A DNA stretch of 64,000 bases from Octopus vulgaris (lineage: Eukaryota), in the NCBI GenBank assembly GCA_951406725.2, contig OX597815.1, positions 215,078,001 to 215,142,000 of the forward strand. The letters run 5' to 3'. A program made the position numbers and the translations under genes. How positions within the stretch are numbered: position 1 is the first letter of the stretch; every line of letters begins with the position of its first letter. The notes under the pieces are model-generated. The model was given only the letters and a program-made list of their open reading frames with translations. It was not told the origin of the DNA and made no database searches. Below, piece after piece: positions 44,154 through 56,532 of the stretch.

Positions 44154-45313
44154 GATACAAACTGGGACAAGAACGCAAAACATTTGGAAGATGATACAAA
44201 AAACACGGACGGGACATTCGAAGCCTTCAATCTTCAGTCAAGTACCGGATCATCCTCGCAATTTTGACTGATTAATCTTGAGATTGCTCCGACCTGGCTA
44301 GCCCCAAAGGAAAATCTAAGCCAAGCGCATTAGATTCCTTGGAAGAAAGCCTCGAATGTATACAAAACAAGGACGGGAACGAATAAGAATACAAAAATAC
44401 GTAAAAACAATAATGATAATAATAATAACAAAAACAGGACGTCACAGACAGGCGTCTTTTCGACAGGACGGGTGAACTTGAGCTGGCGCATTGGAAAAAT
44501 GCCTTGAAGCAAAGAGAGAAAAGAAATGTGTCTAGCCTCGGCAGCTGCTGAGCACGAAAAGGCAGGACAGCAGTCCAAAGTTAGTCACGTGTGAGGAGAA
44601 GAGAAAGGAAAAGAGGGACAGAGGAGGAGAGAAAAAAAGGGAACAAGGAACAAAGTAGGAGGAGAAGAGAGAGAGAGAAAGAGACAGATCAAAGAGGAGT
44701 GCAAAGTGTGAAAGGCAGAGAAATGTAGGAGAGGGGAGAGAGAGAGAGACAGTGTTATAGAGTCGTACCAAGTTTAAAGAAACATGTACTTACATACAAG
44801 ACCAAAAAGGGTACGGGCGTCGCTATATATATCTATGTATATGTAAAAAATACAAACTGGGACAAGAACGCAAAACATTTAGAAGACGATACAAAAAACA
44901 CGGACGGGACATTCGAAGCCTTCAATCTTCAGTCAAGAACCGGATCATCCTCGCAATTTCGGCTGATTAATCTTCAGATTGCTCCGACCTGGCCAGCCCC
45001 AAAGGAAAATCTAAGCCAAGCGAATTAGACCCTTGGAAGAAAGCCTCGAATGTATACAAAACAAGGACGGGAACGAATAAGAATACAAAAATATGTAGAT
45101 TTTCCTTTGGGGCTGGCCAGGTCGGAGCAATCTGAAGATTAATCAGCCGAAATTGCGAGGATGATCCGGTTCTTGACTGAAGATTGAAGGCTTCGAATGT
45201 CCCGTCCGTGTTTTTGTATCGTCTTCTAAATGTTTTGCGTTCTTGTCCCAGTTTGTATTATTTACATATACATATATATATATAGCAGCGCCCGTCCCCA
45301 TTATGGTCTTGTA
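44147..45313 (-). mobile_element. Unclassified non-coding element: 695-nt monomer, direct repeat and inverted arm (Penelope-like architecture)
   Basis: 44156-44402 is repeated at 44851-45097. 45096-45313 is the reverse complement of 44795-45013. Flanked by (TG)n and (TA)n. Strand is inferred. Confidence 0.7.
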
Positions 45314-45314
45314 G

Positions 45315-45348
<34 letters not shown>

Positions 45349-45454
45349 GTATATATATATATATAGGGGGAGTTTACGAAAATTCAAAAGATGAAGACAG
45401 ATGGTGTACAAAACAAACAGATGTATTAGTATAACGCTCAGGAATAGAAAATGT

Positions 45455-45490
45455 CTTTTACGTTTCGAGCCTACGCTCTTCTACAGAAAG
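45455..45490 (-). ncRNA. Degenerate minimal hammerhead-like motif in a Penelope-like terminal repeat (~45365-45600)
   Basis: Minus strand CTTT-CTGTAGA-A-GAGC-GTAG-GCTC-GAAA-CG-TA-AAAG. Core A6 is changed to T. Confidence 0.5.
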
Positions 45491-45725
45491 GGACACTGAA
45501 AAAACACAAGGAGAGAAAAAAATGTGTGTAGTGGCTAACGATCTATCGTGGCGACTGACTACCGGACAGAAGGGTCACAAAGAAAGTAATGATAATAATA
45601 ACAGTTTTACGTAAAGTTCAAAGGTTTTACGTAAAGTTACAAGGATTTTTCATTAAGAGTAGAGTCCACTATTATCCGTAGGTAGGAGAGGTGCAGCCAG
45701 AGGGTAAATGTCCGAAAGAGAATCC

Positions 45726-45785
<60 letters not shown>

Positions 45786-45873
45786 TATATATTATATATA
45801 TATATACATACATACAGACAGACAGACAGATACATACAAAGATAGATAGATAGATATACGTAGATATATACAC

Positions 45874-45911
<38 letters not shown>

Positions 45912-45915
<4 letters not shown>

Positions 45916-46986
45916 ACGAACCTACCATCGCTCAACTCGAACCCGGGACCCTACTAAGTCGAGTGACGACGATTGACCAGGCTCAGTCGAACGGAATCCG
46001 CCACAGAGAGAAAACGGTGGTGGGGGATGGCAGCGAACTCGAACCGCCGACCGGAGATAACAACAACAACAACAACAACAGGAGGAAGAGAGACACGGCG
46101 GAAGGCAATCGCTTACATTTAACAACAGTTTAAACAATTATTACAACATCAAATAAAACGTGAAACATATCAGATACATTAAAGAAAATAACATGCAACA
46201 GAATTAAAAAGAAAACAACAAAGGCATGCACAATACAGAACTTTGAAACAATCAAAACATTAATGTTTTGATGCAATATAGAGTTCGAAACAGTTCAACA
46301 TTAAAGTCTTTCTCTTTCTTTCTTTTTTTTTTTGACACAATTCTTTTTCTCTTCAACAATTCTTTTCTTCCTCTTCACCTCAATTCACAGTTCCTTTTTT
46401 GTTCTTTACAACAGATTACAATTTACGTCACAATCTCGTTTCTTTTACATTTCACATCAAAAATATAAACAAAACATACTGTTACAAACTCCTACTACAA
46501 TAGCCGTGCCTTTTCGCCGTAAACCCTCTCTTTCGCTCTACATGTCCCTAATGCTATCTGCCTGTCTTTCTCGCCACGCTTGTCATCCTCTTCTCTACCT
46601 CTCGCTTGTCATCTCTCACATTCACTGTCTGTCTTTCTCAACATTGTCGTTGCCTCTCGCCATCACCACCTTCTTAGCTGACCGTCCGTATCGACTGCTG
46701 TCTTTTGCCAACTGACTCCTTTCCGGCCCTTTTGCTGTCTCTGGCAGAACTGACCAACCCAGGCCAACTCTCTCTCGCCAACTGATCAACAAATCCAGCT
46801 CGTCGCATTTTAAGGGGCGGTTTCTTAAACTCTGCTTGACCGGAAAAGAGTCAGAGGTCTCTTTCAAACCCATTAATTTCTCCAGAAAATGACAGAACAA
46901 AGCGCCACAACTTTTTTCCAGACTCTCCGACTACAAACCAACAAAAGTGGGTCATAGCACTTTTTTTCTCAACTGACCTCGTATCA
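45912..46986 (-). repeat. 3' LTR (1075 bp)
   Basis: TGTTACG...CGTATCA, highly similar to 48795-49867. Confidence 0.95.
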
Positions 46987-46999
46987 CTACCCCCGCCCT
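46987..46999 (-). promoter_or_regulatory. Polypurine tract
   Basis: Minus strand AGGGCGGGGGTAG immediately precedes the 3' LTR. Confidence 0.75.
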
Positions 47000-47116
47000 A
47001 AGCTTTGTCGACCCGACAGAAGCACACTATATCCGTACCTCCGAGGGCGAGCTCCAGCAGATGTTCCAGGAACTGGAGGTCTCCCTGTGTAGCTTCTCTT
47101 CCATGTGTCTCGCTTC

Positions 47117-47524
47117 CTACTGCCACCACTTCACCACAGGCCACAAGTTGGCATCTTCCCTCTGCGGCTTGGGTAATGGCTCCGTCAATGCCGCGAGGCT
47201 ACCTACGAGCCGCCTACAATAGGCGCACCGTCCGAGAAAGTTCCTTAACTCCCTCACACAGGCAGGGTCCGGCCAATCCTTCACATTGGCCACCTCCCTC
47301 AGCGTTCTATGGCCCACATAGCACCTTGCTGTGACGTCCTTGTTCTGCACAACTATGGCCGACGACCAGGGACCGTTCCGCCTTTTCACTGCTCCCTGTC
47401 GCCGATATCTCCTCATCTTTTGCTGCCGAACTTGGACCATCCTCCGACCTTGCTGCCTCCTCGAGCGACGACCGCCCGGGTCGATGAAACGCTCCGCCAG
47501 GTCCGTGCGACCAACATCCTGCAT
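47117..47524 (-). pseudogene. Gypsy pol remnant (RT N-terminus fused to RT thumb)
   Basis: GPWSSAIVVQNKDVTARCYVGHRTLREV (~SPWSSPIV.VKKKDG..RFCVDYR.LN) joins directly to VKDWPDPACVRELRNFLGRCAYCRRLV (~WP.P.NV.ELRSFLGL..YYRRF). The YxDD core is absent. Confidence 0.8.
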
Positions 47525-48328
47525 ACCTCACGACCAACGTTCTACGCTTTTCACTAACGGTTGCTTCTTTCGCAACATCCGAGTGCCAACCAAGCACCGG
47601 CGACTCCCTGCGAGCCGCTTCCGCAACTGCATCGGTAGACCACCAACTCCTTTAACTGCGTTACTGTATTGGCAGAACTGGCCCTGCCGCTGGTTCACCA
47701 TCTGGCACGATTCCTCGATTTGTCCTCTACAAATCGCTTGTGCCATTTCCAAGAAATCAGCTAACCCAGCCAGCGCTCTGTCAGCTTCTGCCTCTACCAG
47801 GGTCCACCCGACCCTCACTCGAGCTTTCACTATGCACTGCCTGTCGGGCTCCACCAGCCCCAAGCAGCCATCAACCACAAAGCTCACCCAACACTGGAGC
47901 AGTCTTCCTGTTCTTGGTAGTCCTACCACCGTTCGCAGCCGTCTCGCCTCGTCACCAGGCTTGGTCCTCTTCGTTACCAGCTTCTGCACCGAAGACTTCT
48001 CAAAACGCAAGTTCGGCCGACAGTCCATCCACGCCTGTGGCCTCTCCACAGTGGGCACCACACAGTCGTCATGAGTCCCGAGAGACAGGGGTTCAGACGC
48101 CAAAGGACTCAGACACGGAACATCACCGCAGCAACCTCACACACAGCAGGCTCCTCGGACTCAGCAACATCAACTTCAGACTTAGCAAGCTCACACTCAG
48201 CAAGCTTTTCGTCCTGAGTCCCGGAAGACAGGGTTCAAGATGCCAAAGGCTCCAGACACAGAACAACAGCAGCAACTATCACAGACATAGCAGGCTCTTT
48301 GGGCTCAGCAATCTTTAAGGGTCCAGCA

Positions 48329-48452
48329 CCCACTTCAAGTTCCGCAACCACTTCAGGTTCCGCAACCACTTCAGGTTCCGCAACCACTTCAGGTTCGGCA
48401 ACCACTTCGGGTTCCGCAACCACTTCAGGTTCCGCAACCACTTCAGGTCCGC
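48329..48452. repeat. 18-bp minisatellite (ACCACTTCAGGTTCCGCA) x ~7
   Basis: Direct inspection; reads (EPEVVA)n on the minus strand. Confidence 0.95.
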
Positions 48453-48773
48453 ATCACAAGGTTCCTCTGGTTCACTTTCTTCATTATCTATTTCACATGT
48501 CGGGCAATCTCCGCCCACAGGACTACTCCTATCCCCGGTCCAACACTGATCCTCCAAAGCTGACCCATCCGTAACCTCAAGCTCTTGATGATCTTCCCGT
48601 AAGCCCTGTCACCTCTTCTCCAGCCTTCCCATGAATGCGTCTAGCTGTGTCCTCTAACCCCTCAACATCTCCACAATCAAGGCAAGCGAGATCTCTTCAT
48701 CTCCAGTCTGGCTACCAGTTCGTGCCTCCACCGAATCCATGGCGAACAACCGATCGACTGCAGCAATCAGGAT

Positions 48774-48792
48774 AATCCCACTACTGACACCA
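48774..48792 (-). promoter_or_regulatory. Primer-binding site complementary to the tRNA-Leu 3' end
   Basis: TGGTGTCAGTAGTGGGATT lies 2 nt after the 5' LTR. From memory, the tRNA-Leu(CAG/CAA) 3' end AATCCCACTTCTGACACCA matches with one mismatch. Confidence 0.85.
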
Positions 48793-48794
48793 GT

Positions 48795-49865
48795 TGTTAC
48801 TAACCTGCCGTCGCTCAACTCGAACCCGGGACCCTACTAAGTCGAGCGACGACGATTGACCAGACTCAGTCGAACGGAATCCGCCACAGAGAGAAAACGG
48901 TGGTGGGGGATGGCAGCGAACTCGAACCGCCGACCGGAGATAACAACAACAACAACAACAGGAGGAAGAGAGACACGGCGGAAGGCAATCGCTAACATTT
49001 AACAACAGTTTATACAATTATTACAACATCAAATAAAACGTGAAACATATCAGATACATTAAAGAAAATAACATGCAACAGAATTAAAAAGAAAACAACA
49101 AAGGCATGCACAATACAGAACTTCCGGAAACAATCAAAACATTAATGTTTTGATGCAATATAGAGTTCGAAACAGTTCAACATTAAAGTCTTTCTCTTTC
49201 TTTCTTTTTTTTTTTGACACAATTCTTTTTCTCTTCAACAATTCTTTTCTTCCTCTTCACCTCAATTCACAGTTCCTTTTTTGTTCTTTACAACAGATTA
49301 CAATTTACGTCACAATCTCGTTTCTTTTACATTTCACATCAAAAACATAAACAAAACATACTGTTACAAACTCCTACTACAATAGCCGTGCCTTTTCGCC
49401 GTAAACCCTCTCTTTCGCTCTACATGTCCCTAATGCTATCTGCCTGTCTTTCTCGCCACGCTTGTCATCCTCTTCTCTACCTCTCGCTTGTCATCTCTCA
49501 CATTCACTGTCTGTCTTTCTCAACGTTGTCGTTGCCTCTCGCCATCACCACCTTCTTAGCTGACCGTCCGTATCGACTGCTGTCTTTTGCCAACTGACTC
49601 CTTTCCGGCCCTTTTTCTGTCTCTGGCAGAACTGACCAACCCAGGCCAACTCTCTCTCGCCAACTGATCAACAAACCCAGCTCGTCGCATTTTAAAGGAT
49701 GGTTTCTTAAACTCTGCTTGACCGGAAAAGGGTCAGAGGTCTCTTCCAAACCCATTAATTTCTCCAGAAAATGACAGAACAAAGTGCCATAACTTTTTCC
49801 AGACTCTCCGACTACAAACCAACAAAAGTGGGTCATAGCACTTTTTTTCTCAACTGACCTCGTAT

Positions 49866-49867
<2 letters not shown>
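48795..49867 (-). repeat. 5' LTR (1073 bp)
   Basis: TGTTACT...CGTATCA, followed on the minus strand by the PBS. Confidence 0.95.
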
Positions 49868-49901
<34 letters not shown>

Positions 49902-49961
49902 AAAAAATGAAGTTCGAAAATGCTGCTGTATTATACATTTTTTTATTTTTATATATACATT

Positions 49962-50000
49962 ATTACATGTTTCAGTTCCTGAAATGAACCTTATCAAAAA
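49962..50000 (-). ncRNA. Degenerate hammerhead-like motif
   Basis: Minus strand TTGATAA-GGTTC-ATTTCAG-GAACT-GAAA-CATG-TA. Stem II and palindromic stem III (ACATGT) are intact; the core has 2 substitutions and stem I is weak. Confidence 0.4.
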
Positions 50001-50959
50001 AAGTTATATATAAAATATACATATATATATATACATACATACATACATTCGATCTATAACAATCTAGAGAAAATGTAATTCTCACCAGCTGTGTGTATGC
50101 GTGTGTGTGTGTGCGTGCGTGTGTTATTAATTAATTATTTGGCTTCCTCTGCTGACCCACCAGCGAGAGGGTTTTTCGGTTGAAGGTTGAAACAGCCGAT
50201 GTTCGTTGGATACCGTCTGGTGACATCAGTTCCTCCTGAGGAAAGCCCCATTCACTTTGGTGAGTGAAGAAGAAACACTTTCTTCTGGGTATTATTAACA
50301 ACACGCAGGCACGCGCGTGTGTGTATGTATCATATATCACGTGTTATATTTCAAACATATATCATACGCACGCACATTACACACACATACTATCTTGCAC
50401 GGTCAAACCATGTGTTATCTCTTTATTAAATCAATAAGTCATTCTTCAAGTCCATTGGTGTCAAAATGGAAAAAAAATAAATGAATTAGCAGGCTAGTAT
50501 TTCGTGATAAAACTTCAACAACTTATGTTTGAAATCTCATAAAATAATCATTCACAGTCGACTGGCTATTGACTCAACAATTATATGTTTGTTTCATTTT
50601 CTTAGTCTCGGTTTAGTCCGGTTTCCTATATCTACGAAACTATTCAACCATTTAAGTCTATATCTGTCCCAGATTTTTATCGACACAACCGCTCATGTGT
50701 ATATTTACACTATATCTGTTCTAAATTGTGGAAACAGAACCATTAATGTCCATAATTAACCGTATATGTCCTAGATTTATAGCTACAACAAACATTGGCA
50801 ATGGACGTTTAAATTACATTTTTACTTTTGGTTACTCATGACCTTTCATATGTACATTATCTGCACTGTCCACTTCATACTTGGTCAGTACAAATCCAAT
50901 GATAATTGATAATTAATGATAATAACGATAACAACAGCAGCAATAACAACAGCAATAAT

Positions 50960-51480
50960 AGTTTCAAATTTTTGCAAGAGACCAGCAAATTTGTGAGACG
51001 TGGGGAAGTCGATTATATCGACCTCAGTGCTCCACTGGTACTTATTTTATCGACCCCACTCAAGTAAAGACAGGTGAAATGCCGCTAAGCATTTTGCCCG
51101 GCGCGCTAACGTTTCGACAACTCGCCACCTGAAGAAGAAGAAGAAGAAGAAGAAGAAGAAGAAGAAGAAGAAGAAGAAGAAGAAGAAGAAGAAGAAGAAG
51201 AAGAAGAATCCTCTCTACTATAGGCACAAGGCCTGAAATTTGGAAGAGAGGCTAGTCGATTACATCGACTCCAGTTCGTAAATGGTACTTATTCTTATCG
51301 ACCCCGAAAGGGGTCGATGAAATAAGAACCACTTCTGACTTCAAATTCCGCCAAGGTCGACTTTAATTTTAATCTTTTCGGGTCGATAAAATAAGCACCA
51401 GCTGAGCACTGGAGTCAATCGACTTGCCGCCCTCCACCTACCGTAAACTACTGACCGTGTGCCAAAATTTGAAACCAGTA
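50960..51480. mobile_element. Family B SINE cluster in both orientations with (GAA)n at 51131-51207
   Basis: Family B modules on the minus strand, then on the plus strand. Confidence 0.75.
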
Positions 51481-52913
51481 TAAAGTGAAATAATGGTTTA
51501 CAGTAGCGAAATCCAATTCCCCAGAACAAGAATAAAATCAGTGGCGAGATATCTATTAGGAAAATAGAAGAGCCGTTTAGATTGAAATATTCTGTCAGAG
51601 TGACACTTCTTATATCCCTCTAAGAAAAGTTTCTTCTCCAGTGGTTTCTTTCCTTGAACATATATCATATGGACTTCGCTTCCTTTTGCTTCCCATATCA
51701 ATATGGTTTTAATCCTTTTACATTTTGCATTGACGGTTTTATGATTCTTAGAGCAACATCTCATTAGATTGTTTTCCTTCCTTTTATTTTGTAACTGCCA
51801 ACATACTAAATGGTTATTTGAGGCGTTTCATTGCTGGTTGCATGTTGCCTTATTGGGAATGGCTTCCAAGAAGAAAACTATTTAAAATGTTGTAAGTCTG
51901 GTATTTTTTCCATCACAGAAGATATTTCTAGTACAAATTATTTTCATTTTCTTAATTGCTAGCTTTAAAAATAATAATGATCATCTTGGAATCCTTCTTT
52001 ATCGTTGATTCTAGCATTTTAAGTACTGGGTTTCTATAACAAAACTATAAAAGTCATAAGTATCAACAAAGCTACTTGGAAAATTTCTGTTGAAAATTTT
52101 TCGAAGATTTAAGCAATTGTCATATTTTAGTTCTTAGTTTAATAATTGATTGGACAACGCTTTGTGAGATTGTTCATTGGAACTGGCTGGTTGTCTTGTG
52201 AACAGTGGTTATTACAGCAGTAATAAGTAATGAGCAGAGTCAAATTACATTTCTTGAAGGTTTTTTATTTTTAATTAGGTATTTTATTATGTACACAACT
52301 TCAGATGATTAGCTTTATTTATTAGAAGATGCTCGACAGAGCATTAAATTCCCATTTCCCCATCAGCGTGCTTGTTTGTGATTACATTGTTAGACTTGAA
52401 ATGATCTCAGAAAAAGCAACTCAGAAAAATCTACATAGAATATGTACATAATGTTCAAGCAAACGATTGGCTTATATAGTTCCACTTTTTTTTCATTTTT
52501 ACATCTTGTTTGATTTAATGATTATCGCTATTTTCGGTATTTTTACTAGATGAGTGTACTTATTCTTAGTTATGAAAATGGAGATACTACGCTAAATTCC
52601 ATTCATTCGTAGGTTGTGTAGAAAAACAAATGAGGATTTTTTTTTGTGACGAGAGGGGTAAAGAAGGAAAAATATGACGATGTACTGTATAGTAAATATA
52701 TTATATTACTAGTAAAATAACTCACTACATATTTGGTGAATACAGATTTTGCTGCTATTATACTGCTAATGGAATCAATACAATTAAAAATGAAAGCATA
52801 AATTGTGTAAATATCTAGAATAGTTATAGCTTCCGTGTAAAAAGGAATTTTAAAAGATGATCTTGTTATTTAACAAATATATGACTTCATGTTTATGAGT
52901 GTACATATACCTA

Positions 52914-52978
<65 letters not shown>

Positions 52979-53829
52979 TGGGGAGGAGTATGAATGTATG
53001 CATGTGTATGTGTTAGAGAGAGCGTAGAGGAAGAGATTTTTCAATGGACGCCTTATCTCAAAAGATATTAGATAAGCGAATAAGTATAAGACGATCATCT
53101 ATGGTCGAGAAGTCTAATTCCAGAATGCAGTCATTGTTGTTTAGTCCCCGAACCACCCTAATTGCGTAGGTCTGTGATCAAAAGTCTTCCAGTCGTTACC
53201 ATTCCGTCTATTTTTCAGACACTGCGCATTTATGACTACATTAATCTAACGCATAAAGCTGTGTCGAACTGAAAGTCTGTGCAGTATTTGGTCCACCAAA
53301 CGTCTACACTCTGTGTTTAAATCCCGCTGAAGTGGAAAATGGCATCTTACAAGAGATAAAATGTCTGTGGCTGTAATGTTATCTGCAATCATAATACTGA
53401 ATAGTGGATTGAATCAGGTTAATTTCTTTTATCTCGTTCTGCTCCTGTGTTGAGGCTATTCTTTGTATCCTTGTTTCTCACAATAGCTACTTCTTACTGG
53501 TGCATTTCTGTAATAAGGAACGACTTTGTTGTAAATGTCCCTGCAAGTAGGAAGCTCATTTATTTGTACAGTATACAAGTTTCGTAATTATGACTAAAAT
53601 GTGGTTAGATTCCTTACATATGTATATGGTTTCTTTTATTTTTATTTTTTGTAAAGATAGTGTTTACTTCTGTTTAGATCTTTTGTAAAGTCTATAAATT
53701 AACTATTGTTAGGTTGGTCTAATGCAGATATTTAGGTCGAATTCATTGAATATTTCTATCAGGTCGTTTCTGAATCTATCCATGGCATGAACTTGATGTT
53801 GTATGAAATTGTTAAAACCATCGCCACTA

Positions 53830-54230
53830 TATTCTTTTCTAATCTAGGCACAAAGCCCGAAATTTTGGGGAAGGGGGCCAGTCGATTAGATTGACTCCAG
53901 TACGCAACTGGTACTTAATTTATCGACCCCGAAAGGATGAAAGGCAAAATCGATCTCGGCGGAATTTTAATTCAGAACGTAGCGGCAGACGAAATACCTA
54001 TTTCTATACTACTCACAAGGGGCTAAATACAGAGGAGACAAACAAGGACATACAGACGGATTAAGTCGATTATATCGACCCCAGTGTGCAACTGGTACTT
54101 AATTTATCAACCTCGAAAGGATGAAAGGCAAAGTCGACCTCGGCGGAATTTGAACTCTGAACGTAACGGCAGATGAAATACGGCTACGCATTTCGCCCGG
54201 CGTGCTAACGTTTCTGCCAGTTCGCCAACT
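53830..54230 (-). mobile_element. Dimeric family B SINE
   Basis: Reverse complement of 40489-40890. Confidence 0.88.
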
Positions 54231-54336
54231 TACTATTGCCACTCTATCGTCCTTGATGCGAAAAATTAGAAGCAATTAAGTAAATTATATTTGTGTGTAT
54301 GTGTTTGTGAGAAAGAGAGTATTTCCATATACACAG

Positions 54337-54370
<34 letters not shown>

Positions 54371-54544
54371 ATGTGTGTGTGTGTTTATATATATATATAT
54401 GCATGTGCAATATGTACATATATAATGTAAATGTGTGTGTGTATGTGTTGTGTATGTGTGTACGCGTGCACAGGTGTCATGATGTCTGTATATTTATGGT
54501 AAGATACGATGCGACAACTTTTATTATACAAAACATTTTAATGT

Positions 54545-55603
54545 TGATAACGATGGGTTGGTGCCTTCCTCTCAGATCGCTCCTTCCAAGTCCAAGTTAA
54601 TGGTTCGCTGTCCGACGTCTCCAGTGCGAACAGTGGCGTGCCTCAAGGTACAGTGATTGGGCCCTTATTGTTCTTAGTCTTCATAAATGACTTGCCCGAC
54701 GACCTCACGCAACACACCCTTCTATTTGCCGATAATGTCAAACTGGTCGCTCCTTGCGGTGATATAGAGGATCTTCGTCGATGCCTCCACCAAATTTTGA
54801 GATGGTCTAACGAATGGGACCTGTGTCTGAACGTGTCAAAGTGCTGTCATCTGCCTGTTGGCTCTCCTCCTGCAACTCAACTTGATTTCGAGCCGGGTCG
54901 TCTGCTGCTGGAGATGACCGACCAGGTAAAGGACCTGGGTATCTTGGTGGATTCCTCCTTTTCGCCTTCGGCCCAGTGCGTCCATGCTGCCAACAAAGCA
55001 CGCGGAATTCTGTTCTTGATTCGACGGTCATTCGGAATGCTCACAGCAGCCATATTCCTACCGCTCTATGTCACGCTGGTGAGACCCATATTGGAGTACG
55101 GGATTCAAGCCTCTTCTCCTTATCTCCTCAAAGACATACAGCATCTCGAAAGAGTCCAGAAGCTGGCTACCCGCATGGTTCTTGGTCTCAAGCATTTGTC
55201 TTATGAAGAAAGGCTGAAGACGCTCGACCTTTATTCTCTAGAAAAACGACGACACCGTGGTGATCTCATTCTTGCTCACAACATCATAAGCGGAAAGTGT
55301 AACCTCGAAAGAGCTGTTCTTCACTCCTGCTCCAGAGCGTCGGCTGCGGAGTTACTCCGAAAAGCTCTATCTGCGACGATTTCGTCTCAATCGAAGGAGA
55401 GGGGCTTTCTCCGTCCGGGTTGCGGATCCGTGGAATAAGCTGCCGGACGAGATAGTGAAGATGCCGACGACCGCTCGGTTCAAAGTCTCCCTTGACCACA
55501 AGTGGCCTGAACTCTTTACATGAACACCACCCTGTACATAACTCCATGTCCCCCTACATGGCCTTGCTTTTTGCTTTTTGAACCAAAAAATTTACTAACT
55601 AAC
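54545..55603 (+). mobile_element. 5'-truncated CR1/L2-group LINE
   Basis: SGVPQGTVIGPLLFLVFINDLP..LFADNVKL, KDLGI, LVRPILEYG, LERVQK.ATR, LSYEERL..L.L.SLEKRR.RGDLI; frameshift near the C-terminus; short (ACTA)n tail. Confidence 0.9.
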
Positions 55604-56005
55604 TTTCACAATTCTAAAAGTAATCATTGATATCCTACAGTGACGACATTTATGTTGACGATGACGAAATTAAAGTTGACGATGATGAAATCGAGGTAGA
55701 CGACAAGGCAGTCGAGACTGAAGATATGGAAACTGAGGCTGACATTGGCGAATTTGAAAGGGAAACACCCGCGCGCACTTGTGTGTGCGTATGTTTGTGT
55801 GAGAGAGAGAAGCAGATGTTACAAAGTGATAAGTAATTCAAGGTTTAGGAATTTTGAAAATGTCATACACGAAACTTTTAGGCCTTGAGTCACTTTGTAA
55901 CTTCTGCTTGTTAAAAATAATTTTTAAAATACGTATACACATGTACTAAGTTCTGTTTATCTTGTTTATACTGATTATGAATACCAACAAGATAGCTAAG
56001 AGAAA

Positions 56006-56264
56006 CGACGAGTCGGCAGAAATGTTAGCACGACGGGCGAAATGCGTAGCCGTATTTCGTCTGCCGTTACGTTCTGAGTTCAAATTCCGCCGAGGTCGAC
56101 TTTGCCTTTCAACCTTTCGGGGTCGATAAATTAAGTACCAGTTTCGCACTTAATCCGTCTGTCTATCCTTGTTTGTCTCCTCTGTGTTTAGCCCCTTGTG
56201 TTTAGCCTCTGTGTTTAACCCCTTGTGTTTTGTCTCCTCTGAGTTTAGCCCCTTGTAAAGAAAT
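56006..56264 (+). mobile_element. Family B SINE with 17-bp TSD
   Basis: AAGATAGCTAAGAGAAA at 55989-56005 and 56265-56281. Confidence 0.9.
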
Positions 56265-56532
56265 AAGATAGCTAAGAGAAAACATTTCAAGGGAGCGTTC
56301 TGTAATGTTCTGTCTCGTGTATGTACTAGTGTGAAGTATGTGGGTGTCTTTTACCGATATATATCAGCGAAGAGTATTAACATCTGCGAGAAAAGCGAAA
56401 AACTCACACCGTCAGAAATTTAGTGAAATCAGTTAGGGATCCATTTGAAATCTTTAACTGGTGACAATGTTGATCACAACTTTTATATAAAATAAATAAA
56501 TTTGTGTCTGTTGTTACTATTAAATCTAAATG

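Larger units (their letters stand above)
45912..49867 (-). mobile_element. Non-autonomous Gypsy-type LTR retrotransposon
   Basis: TG..CA LTRs at 45912-46986 and 48795-49867, PBS, PPT and a 1.8-kb internal region with RT remnants. Inserted in (TA)n; an ATAT TSD is compatible. Confidence 0.95.

Noticed and set aside
47331-48318. Long GC-rich + strand ORFs (247 and 192 aa)
   Set aside because: Antisense to the decayed Gypsy interior; open by virtue of GC content and without motifs.
50230-50290. CTGAGGA...GAAAC hammerhead-like words
   Set aside because: Stem II does not close next to the core and no GTH or stem I partner is evident.
51500-52000. Possible piggyBac C-terminal Cys-rich remnant (similar hint at ~37990-38100)
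   Set aside because: Similarity too faint; no TTAA/TIR or DDD motif seen.
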